This document shows, in pieces, positions 50,237 to 61,400 of a stretch of DNA of 64,000 bases. The notes under the pieces were generated by a model. The model made no database searches, was not told where the DNA came from, and saw only the letters and a program-made list of their open reading frames with translations. Within the stretch, counting starts at the first letter, position 1. Each line of letters begins with the position of its first letter. The stretch is taken from NCBI GenBank assembly GCA_963729625.1, contig CAVSOU010000008.1, positions 672,001 to 736,000 on the forward strand, given 5' to 3'. This stretch comes from an uncultured bacterium. Its GTDB lineage: Bacteria; Chloroflexota; UBA5177; JANWHV01. A program made the translations under genes and the position numbers.

Positions 50237-50328
50237 GCCTGCGGGGGTAGCAGTGTGACTCGCGATGTGGCATGCTGACTGATACACGTTGATGCCGCTC
50301 TGCGCACAAATGGATTCGAGGCTCTTCC

Positions 50329-50544
50329 ATGTACCGGCTCGATCTCAGTGATCTCGAAGGACTGACGGACGTCTGCTTTACCTACGTAACCGATCCACAT
50401 CCATCCCGAAGCGCCTATCCGGTGATCGAGGCGCTGGAGGATATCGCACCACACGTGGTCGAGGTGCTCGAGGCCATGGTGCTGGACGGCGTCGACGAGC
50501 AGCACGAGGTCGAAGACTACTTGAACTACGTCTTCAAGCGGTAG
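50329..50544 (+). CDS. Small acidic hypothetical protein
   Basis: 71-aa ORF with coding-like codon use filling the gap after recG. Confidence 0.6.
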   Translation: MYRLDLSDLEGLTDVCFTYVTDPHPSRSAYPVIEALEDIAPHVVEVLEAMVLDGVDEQHEVEDYLNYVFKR

Positions 50545-50594
50545 GTTGATCGATCCTGACATAGCACACGTCCCGCGCTGGTGGGCACAAGCGG

Positions 50595-51017
<423 letters not shown>

Positions 51018-51076
51018 TTCACTGCTCGAGTGCAATCGTAGCCCGTCATAGCGCCACGCTATACGTGCCGCATCTA

Positions 51077-51436
51077 TCAAAACAGCGTCGGCTGCGCTTC
51101 GTCGCCGGTTTCCTCGTCTGTTCCGGGCCCTAGCCAGCGGAAACGCCGAAGGGGAATATAGCCACGCTCGTCAAAGACGACGCCTTCGGCTTCAAGGAGC
51201 ATACGCTGCTCCAGTCCTGGTGTGCTGATGCCTCCTTTGCTGTTGACGATGCGCTGCCAGGGCACGTCCTGCGCGCGCCCGGGCGCCAATGCGTTGAGGG
51301 CGTAGCCCACAGTGCGCGCGTCGCACGTGCCAAGCGCCGTGGCAATATCGCCATAGGTTGAGACCTTCCCAGCCGGAACCATCGCGACGAGCCTGTAGAT
51401 CTGGTCATAGAGGCCAGGCACTCCCAAGTCACTCAC
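51077..51436 (-). CDS. Alkyltransferase-like (ATL/MGMT family) protein
   Basis: [13 protein letters not shown]...ARTVG...VPWQRIVN (Trp replaces the catalytic Cys). Confidence 0.9.
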   Translation of the reverse strand: MSDLGVPGLYDQIYRLVAMVPAGKVSTYGDIATALGTCDARTVGYALNALAPGRAQDVPWQRIVNSKGGISTPGLEQRMLLEAEGVVFDERGYIPLRRFRWLGPGTDEETGDEAQPTLF

Positions 51437-51898
51437 CGGTCTGTTCTGCTTGCACGGCGGCCACACCCTTCGCCTTCATTGAAACGAAAGACCGCACTGG
51501 TTCGACCGCCCGCCGCTGGCAAGAAGCACTCGGGCCGATGCTGGAGCGCGGCAGGACTATCAGTAGTGTACTCTGACACCCCGAACCTGGCTGGCGCGTT
51601 GCGTGGTCCCACCGCTCAGTGGTCAGTCGGGCCCAGGCCAGGTGAGGGTGCATACTCTCGACGGGGAGAGATACCCTCCTCGGGCACTCATTGCCACTCC
51701 AAGCGGTTGGTGGCACTACTGGGTTACCCGGCGTGGCGAATGGCGCCGGCAGACCTGCTGGCCTTGATCGGCGGACGGTCCCCGGGCTGCAGCGCGAAGG
51801 ACGTCGGGCAGGCGCACCGTGGTGAGGGCGCGCCCTGCGCTTCACTCCTTGATGGCCTGGCCCTGCGAATCGGTCTGCCGCGACAAACCAGGCAGAGG

Positions 51899-51934
51899 CG
51901 CAGGAGGCCTCCCAGGGCGGGCGGGCCTCCTGCG
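51899..51934 (-). terminator. GC-rich hairpin downstream of the haloperoxidase gene
   Basis: CGCAGGAGGCC...GGCCTCCTGCG, 11-bp stem about 20 nt after the stop; U-tract weak. Confidence 0.5.
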
Positions 51935-51953
51935 GGGGCGGGGGCAAGGGGTA

Positions 51954-53681
51954 TCAGACGGTGATTGTCTTGCCGTCGAACGTTGTGAGCGAGAAGCCGT
52001 TGAAATGCTCGTTATAGGTACGGCGCTCATCCGCAAGGATACCGATCGCGACTGCCTCGCCCAGGCGCAGACCAACGAGATTGTCGGAACGCCAGTGAAT
52101 TCCACCGAAGCCGCGACCGATCGCGAGGTTTCCGGCCATCTTATTCAATTCGCCTCCGACGGTGAGCGCCGGCCCGGTATACGGCACCAGGGTCTTCGCG
52201 TCCGGACCCGGGATCACCGCCGTCGGTAACACCGCCGATTCGTCAAACCAGGCTTTGAGCAGGGTCACACAGGCGCCCGTCACGGCGGGATGGCCGGCGG
52301 GATACGATGGATGGTTGGGGCAGCCTTCCGGACTGCCAATCGGCAGCAAGTACGAACCGTAGTTGGCCTGGACGGCATCCAGCACCTTCGAGGTGGTGAG
52401 CAGGTCGGCGTGGATCGGATAGCTTGCTTTGCCGGTCTTGTGCAGATGTACTCGCCCGCCGAACTCCTCGGCCCGGATGCGGCGATGTACGATCCATTTG
52501 TAGTAGAAGGAAACGTCCACGGCGGTGTTGGCCACCTTCGCCACCATCTCGTATAGATGGTGCGGGCCGAATGTGCTGACCCCTGCCTGATTCTTTGAAG
52601 ACAGATAGGGGTTACCTTTGTCGAATAGTCCCATCTTCTGCAGGATCAGCGCCGCGTTCAGGTACGCCTGATAGACGAAGTCCCCATGCAGAAACGTGTG
52701 GAAGTCGCGTCCGGTCGACATGTAGCGCGTTTCCGGTGGAGCGGCAGGTGTGCTGGAGGGTTTGGGCGGCACGTACTGGCCGTTCTGTACGACCAGCCAG
52801 TCATCAAAGGTGGTCAAGTGGTCCTTGCTCGGCGCCACTGGGTACAACTGGGGGACAGTCTGTACGCCGTAGGGGATAGCCTGCGTGAGAAACTGCGAGA
52901 CGAAGGGCCCGGTCGTTTCTCCCGCCAGTCCCATGGTGAAGACCGTCGCCGGAGTCACTGAGCCACCGACCTTGGGGCCACGGAAATCGGAGAGGCGCGA
53001 GAGGTCCGCCGCGGCCCGTGCCACGAGTGGATCAGTGGGATAGGCCGAGAACGGTACGTCGCGCGCCAGGGCCAGCCAGTACATTTCGGCCATCTCTGCC
53101 GCCTCTTCCGCACTGCTGAAGCTGGGCGCGGGCGGCACCGCGTACGCGGCGGAGTCGGTACCCTGCAGAAGGTAGGCGTAGCTGGCCTGGGGATTGGCGA
53201 ACTTCTGCGTGCCGCCCATCGGAATGGCCTCCCAATCCTCTGGCCGGGCGCTGCCTACAGCCTTCAGATAGGCAGCATAGGCAGCAGGATCGACTTCACC
53301 GATCGCGTTGTGGGGAAGGAGCTTGCTGTTGCTGGCGAAGCGTGTTCCGTACGCCAGTTCATCGCCATTGGGCGTGATCGCCGCTGTCTGGTGGCTCTGG
53401 AATGAGGCTGCCGCTACGCGCACGGCGTAGGCTCGGCCGGCACGGGCGGTGCCGCCGTCGGCGATCGCCGGCGCGGCTCCCGGGCCGAGAGGCGCGGCCG
53501 CCGCCGGCCGCGGCATTGGGAGGCCGCCCACCGCGCCTGCCACCGCAAGCGCCGTGGCCGCGCCGCCTGCCTGTCGAAGAAAGCCTCGACGGGTCATGCC
53601 CGTGCGGGGGTGTGTGGATACGAGGTTGGCCTCCTCGACCGTGGAGGGATTGTTCCGCTCCTGAGCGCGTACGGTGTTCAT
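51954..53681 (-). CDS. Tat-exported vanadium-dependent haloperoxidase
   Basis: MTRRGFL Tat motif; EMAEMYWLALARDVPF; YKWIVHRRIRAE, HPSYPAGH, GELNK, GRGFGGIHWRSD. Confidence 0.92.
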   Translation of the reverse strand: MNTVRAQERNNPSTVEEANLVSTHPRTGMTRRGFLRQAGGAATALAVAGAVGGLPMPRPAAAAPLGPGAAPAIADGGTARAGRAYAVRVAAASFQSHQTAAITPNGDELAYGTRFASNSKLLPHNAIGEVDPAAYAAYLKAVGSARPEDWEAIPMGGTQKFANPQASYAYLLQGTDSAAYAVPPAPSFSSAEEAAEMAEMYWLALARDVPFSAYPTDPLVARAAADLSRLSDFRGPKVGGSVTPATVFTMGLAGETTGPFVSQFLTQAIPYGVQTVPQLYPVAPSKDHLTTFDDWLVVQNGQYVPPKPSSTPAAPPETRYMSTGRDFHTFLHGDFVYQAYLNAALILQKMGLFDKGNPYLSSKNQAGVSTFGPHHLYEMVAKVANTAVDVSFYYKWIVHRRIRAEEFGGRVHLHKTGKASYPIHADLLTTSKVLDAVQANYGSYLLPIGSPEGCPNHPSYPAGHPAVTGACVTLLKAWFDESAVLPTAVIPGPDAKTLVPYTGPALTVGGELNKMAGNLAIGRGFGGIHWRSDNLVGLRLGEAVAIGILADERRTYNEHFNGFSLTTFDGKTITV

Positions 53682-53884
53682 TTCTCGTCCCTGTCTTTCA
53701 TGGGTGACTGCTCCACGGCGCCTTCACTGTGCCCGCGGGTTCCTCCGTGGCAGCCGTGCCAGCTCGCCCGCAGCCGGCGTACCACCGGTCTGGGTCGGAT
53801 GCGTGGTGTCCTTGTCACTCCGCAGCCGCCCAGGTTGGGTGGTCCTGCCGTCCTCTTCTTCCCTTTGACCTCTTGCGGCCGAGC

Positions 53885-54349
53885 CTACGCGCCAGCGTAG
53901 ACGACGAAGTCGTCGCGGACGATCATGCCGTTGACCACGCCGAAGATGTGAACGCAGCGGCCTTTGACGACGTTGGCACCGTCATAAGCGGTCTCGTAGT
54001 GGACCACCATGCCGGGCACCGGGCTGTACTGGCTGACTTCCTTGAGGTGGTAGCCGACGTGGCTGGCTGCAAAGGCTTTGTACCAGCCCTCGATCGCTGG
54101 GAGCCTGTGGAAGACACTCGTCTGGCCAGCAGGGGTGGAGACGACAAACGTGGCATTGGGGGCGTACACCGTGCCAAACTCGCTGATGCTAGCTCCGTGC
54201 AGTGAGTTGCTGAACACCGTGAAGTAGGAGAGGACGACTGCTGAGGGGCTAGGTGCGGGCGCGGCGGACGTGTGCACAGCTGCATTGCTTGCCGTAATGG
54301 ACACCAACAGCATGCTGCCTAGCAGCAGGGACGCGAGTCGGATGCGCAT
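53885..54349 (-). CDS. Secreted NTF2/SnoaL-like protein
   Basis: Signal peptide; VYAPNATF, HIFGVVNGMIVRDDF; AAGGAG SD. Confidence 0.75.
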   Translation of the reverse strand: MRIRLASLLLGSMLLVSITASNAAVHTSAAPAPSPSAVVLSYFTVFSNSLHGASISEFGTVYAPNATFVVSTPAGQTSVFHRLPAIEGWYKAFAASHVGYHLKEVSQYSPVPGMVVHYETAYDGANVVKGRCVHIFGVVNGMIVRDDFVVYAGA

Positions 54350-54464
54350 GGAAGATTCTCCTTACTGAAGAGGCTCCGTCTTTGATGGAGCGTCACTCGT
54401 GGATCAGGTGAAAACGTGAGCGTATCGGGTGCCGTGTGTTTAGGTCATGGCCTTCTCCTCCTTT

Positions 54465-54695
54465 CTACGCACTTCGGCGGCCGTCACTCTCCGGCACGGC
54501 CAGAATGTAGTGGGCACGCTGCTGCAGGAGGACGCCACCGGAGTCGTCGGTGAACGGGCCGAGGGCCCGCAGCACCGCTGCCTTGAGCGGTCGAACTCCG
54601 ACCTCTCGCAAAGCCGCCTGCATCACACCTGCCGATGCCTGCGCCAGCCAGGCCGTCTCCTGGTCCGGATACGCTGCCGGACAGTCTACGGCGCT
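54465..54695 (-). pseudogene. C-terminal remnant of a class I SAM methyltransferase
   Basis: Manual translation AVDCPAAYPDQETAWLAQASAGVMQAALREVG...AAVLRALGPFTDDSGGVLL...YILA; SAM-binding N-terminus absent. Confidence 0.55.
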
Positions 54696-54860
54696 GTCTA
54701 TCCTCCAGCTTGGGCCATTTTGAGGAGTATAGACAGGAAAAACTCACAGAATGGCCGGCAGGACGGCACGCTATACCACTGTGTGGCACGATAGTGGCAG
54801 GGGCACAGCGACCGCCGGCGAACCAGACCGTAGCGCAGCGAGACTGGCAAGGCGAGAGGA

Positions 54861-57818
54861 TTGATCCAGGACGTGAGCAATGGCCTCACCTTCGGCACGC
54901 TGCTGCGCCGCGCTCGCCGGGCGGCAGGGCTGACCCAGGAAGAGGCGGCCGAGCGCTCAGGCGTGAGCGCGCGGACAATCAGCGACATGGAGCGTGGGGT
55001 CAGCCACACCCCTCACGCGGACACGGTGGTCCTTCTGGCCGAGGCGCTTGGACTGCAAGGCGCAGAGCAGGCGGCGTTTGCGATCGCGGCCAAACGGCAG
55101 CGGACGCAGGCTCCTCATGTGCTGTCGGGCCGGTGCAAGGATCCGATGGCCGGCGACCGGGCCCCCGTTCCGTTCGTGGGCCGGCGGTTGGAGCTGGCCC
55201 TGCTGGACCGCCATCTGGCCGGCCAGGGCCCGCCGGTGCTGTTGCTGGCCGGGGAGCCGGGCATGGGCAAGACACGCTTGCTCCACGCGGCCGTTCCGCG
55301 TGCCGTGGCCCGCGGTTGGCGGGTGCTGGAGGGCGGCTGCCAGCGCCGGGGAGGCCAGGCGCCCTATGCTCCGGTGCTGGAGGCGCTGCAGCGCCATATA
55401 CGGAGCCAGCCTGTCGGCGACCTCCGCGTTCAGCTGCGCGGCTGCGCCTGGCTGGTCCGCCTGCTCCCCGAGCTGGCCGATGGGCCCATCGAGCCGCTGC
55501 CCACCTGGGCTGTGCTCCCGGAGCAGGAGCGGCGGCTGATGTTCGAGGCGGTTGCCCGTTTCCTGACGAATGTCGCGGAGGAGGCCGGCGCCCTGCTTCT
55601 GCTCGACGACCTGCAGTGGGCCGGCCAGGATGCCCTCGATCTGCTGGCGTCGCTGGCACGCGCAGCTGAAGAGATCCCGCTATTGGTGCTGGGAGCCTAC
55701 CGTGATACAGACGTCCGGGCGCAACATGCTCTCTCGGTCATGCTCTCCGACCTGGCCCAGGCGGGATTGACGGCGCACCGGCGGCTGGGGCCGCTGGCCC
55801 CGGAAGACGCCACCGACCTGCTGGACGGGCTGCTGGTGGATGCAGACGCTGCGCTGCGAGCGCGGGTGCACGAGCGGGCAGGCGGCGTGCCATTCTTCTT
55901 GGTGAGCTGTGCGCAAGGACTGCGGCCAGGCGACCTGGACGGGGGGCAAGACGCGCTACCGTGGGCCGTGGAGCAGAGTATTCGCCAGCGCGTGGCCGCA
56001 TTGCCGGCTGGAGCCGATGATGTACTGGCAACGGCGGCGGTGGTGGGCCGCGAGGTGCCGCGCGCGCTGTTAGTCACGGTGACGCAGTGTGAAGAGAGCC
56101 GGGTGCTCGCGGCCTGTGAGGCCGCCTGCCGGGCACGGCTGCTGGAAGAGCAGGGGGCGGATAGCTACCGATTCGTCCATGATGCCATCCGAGAAGTGCT
56201 CGAAGCCGACCTGGGGGCGGGGCGGCGGGCGCGGACGCACCGACGGCTCGCCGAGGCCTTGGAGCAGGCGCCGGGGGAGCCGCCGGTGGCACTGTTGGCC
56301 TACCACTATGAGCGAAGCGGGAATCAGGACAAGGCTGTGCGCTACCTGGAACAGGCCGGAGACCTGGCACAGGCGCAGGCGGCCTTCGCCGCGGCGGAGC
56401 GCTGTTACCAAGAACTGCTTGGTCGCCTGAATGGGAAGGGGAGTGTGCCGGACAGTGTGCGCGTGCGCGAGAAACTCGCCGCTGTGTTGGCCACTACCGC
56501 CCGCTTCGATGCGGCACTGGCGCTGCTGAAGCAGGCGGAAGATATCCTGCAGGCCGCCGGGGATCTCGAGGGTCTGGGCCGGGTAGCGGCCCGCATAGGA
56601 CGCATCCACTACCTGCGGGGAACTATCGAGGAAGGAGTGGCATGCCTCCAGCCTCTCCAGCAGCGCCTGGAGGCTATTGGCCCGTCGGTAGGCCTCGCCA
56701 TGCTGTACACCGCGTTAGCGGAGCTTAACCTCAATTGGGGGCATTGGGCGCAGGAGGTGGTCGCGGCCGAGCGTGCCGCGCACGTAGCGCGTCTCGTGGG
56801 AGACCAGCGCCTGCTGGCCCGTGCGGAGGTGCTGCGCGGCGCGGCCCTGTGTCTGATGAGCCGAGAGGAGGAGGGTGTTGCGGTCTTCTCAGAGGTGATG
56901 AGGCTGGCCGAGACGGATGGCGATCTCGAAGCGGTGTGTCAAGCGCTTGGTGGCATGGCCTGGGTCTACTTCGATCGAAGCGAGTTCGAGCAGAGCACCC
57001 GGTACATCGAGCGAGCGTTACAGTTGGCGGAGAAACTGGGCAACCCGGTGCTGCTGGCGGAGCAGATCAGCACCCTCGGCGCGCTCGCGTTCTACGCCGG
57101 CGAGTGGGATCGAGCGCGTGGATACTATGCGCGGGCCGTGACCATCCACCGCCAGATAGCGCTCTCGGCGAGTTCGTGCGATGCCGGCGGCCTGCTGTTG
57201 CGGCTGGGGAAGCTGAGTCTGTGCGAAGGCACCTGGGATGAGGCGTACCGCTATCTGGAGCAGGCCAGGATCATCTTTCTTCCCCAGGGAAAGCGCTCAG
57301 GGTTACGCGAGGCGCAGAGCATGCTCGCCGAATTCGACATCCTGACGGGGCAGCCGGCGACGGCACGTGCGCGCCTCGTCCCGCTCCTCGACCGCGCGGG
57401 CGTGCAGGAGCGGCATGTTACCCTGTGCGTGCTGCCGGCGCTGGCCTGGGCCTATCTGGAGCTGGGCGATGTGGACCAGGCCAACCGTACGATCACGGAC
57501 GCGATCAGGCGGGCCCGAGCGGGTGGCTATCGGCTCAGCCTCGTCGACGACCTGCGTGTGCAGGCGCTGGTGGCGCTCAGGCAGGGTCGGTGGGTGGAGG
57601 CCGAAGACGTGCTTGAGGAGGGTCTGGCCCTGGCGCGCGCCTTGCCGTATCCGTATGGCGAGGGGCGGTTGCTGGATGTCTCTGCACGGCTGCACGTGGA
57701 GCGCAGCGACGTCACCGCAGCGCGAGAACGACTGGCGGCGGCGCTGGCCGTCTTCCGACGTCTTGGTGCCCGCAAGGACTTCGAGCTGACGGAGCAGCTG
57801 CTGGCGAGACTCGGCTGA
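54861..57818 (+). CDS. XRE-HTH + AAA (STAND) ATPase + TPR regulator
   Basis: LTQEEAAERSGVSARTISDMERG; FVGR, GEPGMGKT, LLDDLQWA, GGVPFF, FVHDAIRE; TPR tail. Confidence 0.92.
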   Translation: MIQDVSNGLTFGTLLRRARRAAGLTQEEAAERSGVSARTISDMERGVSHTPHADTVVLLAEALGLQGAEQAAFAIAAKRQRTQAPHVLSGRCKDPMAGDRAPVPFVGRRLELALLDRHLAGQGPPVLLLAGEPGMGKTRLLHAAVPRAVARGWRVLEGGCQRRGGQAPYAPVLEALQRHIRSQPVGDLRVQLRGCAWLVRLLPELADGPIEPLPTWAVLPEQERRLMFEAVARFLTNVAEEAGALLLLDDLQWAGQDALDLLASLARAAEEIPLLVLGAYRDTDVRAQHALSVMLSDLAQAGLTAHRRLGPLAPEDATDLLDGLLVDADAALRARVHERAGGVPFFLVSCAQGLRPGDLDGGQDALPWAVEQSIRQRVAALPAGADDVLATAAVVGREVPRALLVTVTQCEESRVLAACEAACRARLLEEQGADSYRFVHDAIREVLEADLGAGRRARTHRRLAEALEQAPGEPPVALLAYHYERSGNQDKAVRYLEQAGDLAQAQAAFAAAERCYQELLGRLNGKGSVPDSVRVREKLAAVLATTARFDAALALLKQAEDILQAAGDLEGLGRVAARIGRIHYLRGTIEEGVACLQPLQQRLEAIGPSVGLAMLYTALAELNLNWGHWAQEVVAAERAAHVARLVGDQRLLARAEVLRGAALCLMSREEEGVAVFSEVMRLAETDGDLEAVCQALGGMAWVYFDRSEFEQSTRYIERALQLAEKLGNPVLLAEQISTLGALAFYAGEWDRARGYYARAVTIHRQIALSASSCDAGGLLLRLGKLSLCEGTWDEAYRYLEQARIIFLPQGKRSGLREAQSMLAEFDILTGQPATARARLVPLLDRAGVQERHVTLCVLPALAWAYLELGDVDQANRTITDAIRRARAGGYRLSLVDDLRVQALVALRQGRWVEAEDVLEEGLALARALPYPYGEGRLLDVSARLHVERSDVTAARERLAAALAVFRRLGARKDFELTEQLLARLG

Positions 57819-58116
57819 CCAGGGATTCAGAACGCTTGCGCCCGCATGGCGCCGAGCCCGGAGCGGCGACTTATGCGCGCTCAGCTCTTGCCGACCTCGA
57901 CGTAGTCGGTGTAGGCGGCTTCGCCGACCGGCGTTGCCAACGAGGCCCACCGGTCCAATACACTCTTGGCGGCGCCCACTATGCGCTGGGCCTCGGCGCC
58001 AAGCTTGTGGCGCCAAGCTTATGGCTCCAGCCTGTTGCCGGCCTCACTGCCGGATCTCCGAGAGGATGCTCCCCGGTATGCATGCTGCAGGCGGAAACAC
58101 GGCTCCAGCGTGCGGG

Positions 58117-58332
58117 ATGAGCACGCCCGCTGAGGGTCCACCGGTCACGGCAGGGCCGGCCGCGCAGGCCCTGGCGCGGCCGCGCAAATACCGTGAAGCC
58201 GTTGATGCCAACATGAATACCTGGGCAGCGGGGGCCGAGCACTTCGTCCGGGCAAGTCGAGGCGCCGGTATCGATAGCCTCCTTCCAGATGCACTCCTCG
58301 CGTGCTTCAGGAAGGCTGTTGACCGTGGCCAG
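58117..58332 (+). pseudogene. Remnant of an imine reductase / beta-hydroxyacid dehydrogenase-like oxidoreductase
   Basis: Y..VDANMNTWAAGAEHFVRASRGAGIDSLLPDALLACFRKAVDRG resembles the C-terminal helical domain; Rossmann core missing. Confidence 0.5.
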
Positions 58333-58470
58333 GAGCCACCATTTCTTGGTCACCGTGGCCAGCACCTGGCTGTTGGGACACGCATCGACCGCGAATTTCC
58401 GCTTTCGGATGCAGGCGTACACTGGAGTAGGATGACGACCTCATCCGTGTGCAGTGAGGAGTAGGGAGCG

Positions 58471-61400
58471 ATGGTTTCGAGGAGGCAGCGGCGTCTGGTC
58501 CGTGTGCTCGTGACGATCCTCGTGCTCGTGGCCCCGCTCGTGACGACGGCGGGCGATTGGCCGACCTATCTGCATGACGCGAGCCGCAGTGCGGCCAGTC
58601 TGGGCGAGACGACGCTCTCGACGGCCAACGCCGGCCAGCTGGTCGAACACTGGGCGTACAAGACCGGGGGCATGATCGCGGCGTCGCCGACGGTGGTGGG
58701 CAACACGGTGTACGTGGGCGCCTGGGACGGCTACGAGTACGCGCTGAACGCCACGACCGGCGCCCTGGAGTGGAAGACCTTCCTGGGCATCACGGGACCG
58801 TACGCCGCCTGCAACCCGCCATCGGCAGGCATCACCTCGGGCGCGGCGGTGGTGAATGGGGTGGTGTACGTGGGCGGCGGCGACCACACCGGTGGCACGA
58901 ACACCTCCTTCTATGCGCTCGACGCCGGCAGCGGCGCCATCCTGTGGACGGTGAATACGGGGGATGGCAGCGCCACGGGCGGGCACTACGACTGGGCCTC
59001 GCCGCTGATTGTCGGCAACTACGCCTACGTGGGCATTGCCAGCTTCGGCGATTGCCCGCTGGTGCAGGGCCAGTTGCTGAAAGTGGACCTCACGGCGCAC
59101 ACCGTCGTGGCCACGGCGAACCTGGTGTCGAACGGTGAGCTGGGCGCTGGGGTGTGGACGTCGCCCACCTACGACGCGGCCACCAACACGGTCTACGTGA
59201 CCACCGGCACGAAGTTCGCCACGGACCAGACGATGTCGCAGGCGGTGGTGGCGCTGGCGGGGACGGACCTGACGATCGAGAGTGCCTGGCAGATCCCGGA
59301 GGACCAGGCGCTGAGCGACGCGGACTTTGGCACCACGCCGATCCTGGTGACCGACAGTGGCGGGCACCGGCTGGTGGTGGCGATGAACAAGAACGGCTAT
59401 CTGTACGCCTTCAGCCAGCCGGCCAGCGCGACCACGGCCATCGACCTGGCGGCGGGACCGACGTGGGAGGAACAGCTGGACCCGGGCGGGTCCAACCCGT
59501 CGGCGGGGGACGGCACGGTGTCCAGCGCCGCCTTCGCCAACGGCACGCTGTACCAGGCGAGCGGCAATATCGTGGTGAACGGGGTGGGCTACGGCGGCGC
59601 GGTGAGCGCGATCAATCCGGCGAACGGGGCCATCGCATGGCAGCACCCGACCGCCTACCCCATCGTGCCGGCCATTGCCTACGGCAACGGGTTCATCGTG
59701 GACGGGGAGGGGCCGACGGTGGAGGTGCTCGACGCCGGCACCGGCACCCGACTGTACAGCTACACGACCGGGGCGCCGCTCTACGGGCCGCCGGTGGTGG
59801 CCAACGGGCAGATCGTGATCGGCGGCACCGACCACAGCGTCTACGCGTTCGGGCTGCCGGCCAGCACGCCCCCGACCCCGCCCGCGGATGGGAACTGCCC
59901 GAGCGGCTGGACCTGCCAGGACGTCGGCTCGCCGGCGCCGGCGGGCTCGGAGTCGGTGGTGAGCGGCGCCTGGACCGTGCTCGCGGGCGGCGGCGGTCTG
60001 GCCGGCGCTGCGGATGCCTTCCGATTGCTGACCGAACCGGCCACCGGTGACGCGCAGGTCACGGCCAGGATACCCGCGCTGCCCACCGGCACGAGCAACG
60101 CCCTGGCCGGTCTGATCGTGCGCCAGAGTGACGACCCCGCAGCACCGTACTACGCGGCATTCATGGCGGCGTCGGGCACGCTCGTCGTGCAGTATCGCGC
60201 CACGCCCGGGGCGGCTCCGGCCATAGTGACCCAGCAGGCCCGATCGGCGCCGGTCTATCTCGAGATACAGCGGGTAGGCGACCACTTCTCCGCCGCGACG
60301 TCCACCGACGGCTCCAGCTATGCGCTGGTGCCGGGTACGACCGTTACGGCAGCCATGCCGGCCACGGTGCTGGCGGGGCTGGCCGCCGGAGCCGGATTGG
60401 GCGCGAACGGCGCCGCTGCCACCGCCACGTTCAGCCAGGTGGTCGTCGGTCCCCGCACGAACGCGCCCGCTGCCGCGTCCGGGGGCACCTGCCCGAGCGG
60501 CTGGACCTGCGGCGATATCGGCAATCCGTCGCAGGTCGGCACCCAGTCACTCAGCGCGGGAACCTGGACGGTGCAGGGCGGCGGTACCTATATTGCCAAC
60601 CAGTCCGACCAGTTTCACTCTGTCTGGCAAAGCCTGAACGGCGACGGCACGATGGTCGCGCGGGTAGCCAGTCAGTCAAACACGGACCCCAACGCGGAAG
60701 CGGGCATCATGTTCCGCCAGAGCACGGCGGCCGACTCGCCGATGTACGGGCTGCTGGTGACCCCGGGGAATGGGGTGGTGGCGCTCTACCGCTCGAACGG
60801 CTCGTTCAACACGCTGGGGCTGGCGTCGCCTTCCGGCACGGCGCCCGTGTACCTGAAGGTGACCCGCGTGGGCGCCGTCTTCACCGCGTACACCTCAAGC
60901 GATGGCAGTACCTGGACCGCGCTGGGGACCAGCCAGCAGATCGCGCGCTTCCCCAGCACCCTGCTGGTCGGGCTGGCCGTCAGCGCGCACAATACCGGTA
61001 CCCTGGGCAGCGCGCAGTTCAGCAACGTGTCCATTACCCCGACCACCCCCCTGTTCTGCCCAGCGGGCTGGACGTGCGCGGACCTGGGCGGTCCTAACAC
61101 GCAGGGCAGCGACGCGGCCAGCGGCAGCACCTGGACGGTGCAGGGCGGCGGCGGCGACATCTGGGGAGCCAGCGACCAGTTCCACTTCGACTGGCAGACC
61201 CTGCCGGCCGGGGACGGCAGCGTGAGCGCCAAGGTGGTGGCGCAGTCCAACTCGAACGGTTGGGCCAAGGCGGGTCTGATGGTCCGCAGTGCAAACACCG
61301 CGTACGCGGCGTTCTACGCTGTCCTGGTGACCCCGAGCAACGGCATCGTCGTGCAGTACCGGGGCTACACCGGCGAAGGGGCAAATGCCGTGCAGGCGGC

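Noticed and set aside
58441-60285. 614-aa antisense ORF over the PQQ-like gene
   Set aside because: Explained by codon bias of the sense gene; no motifs
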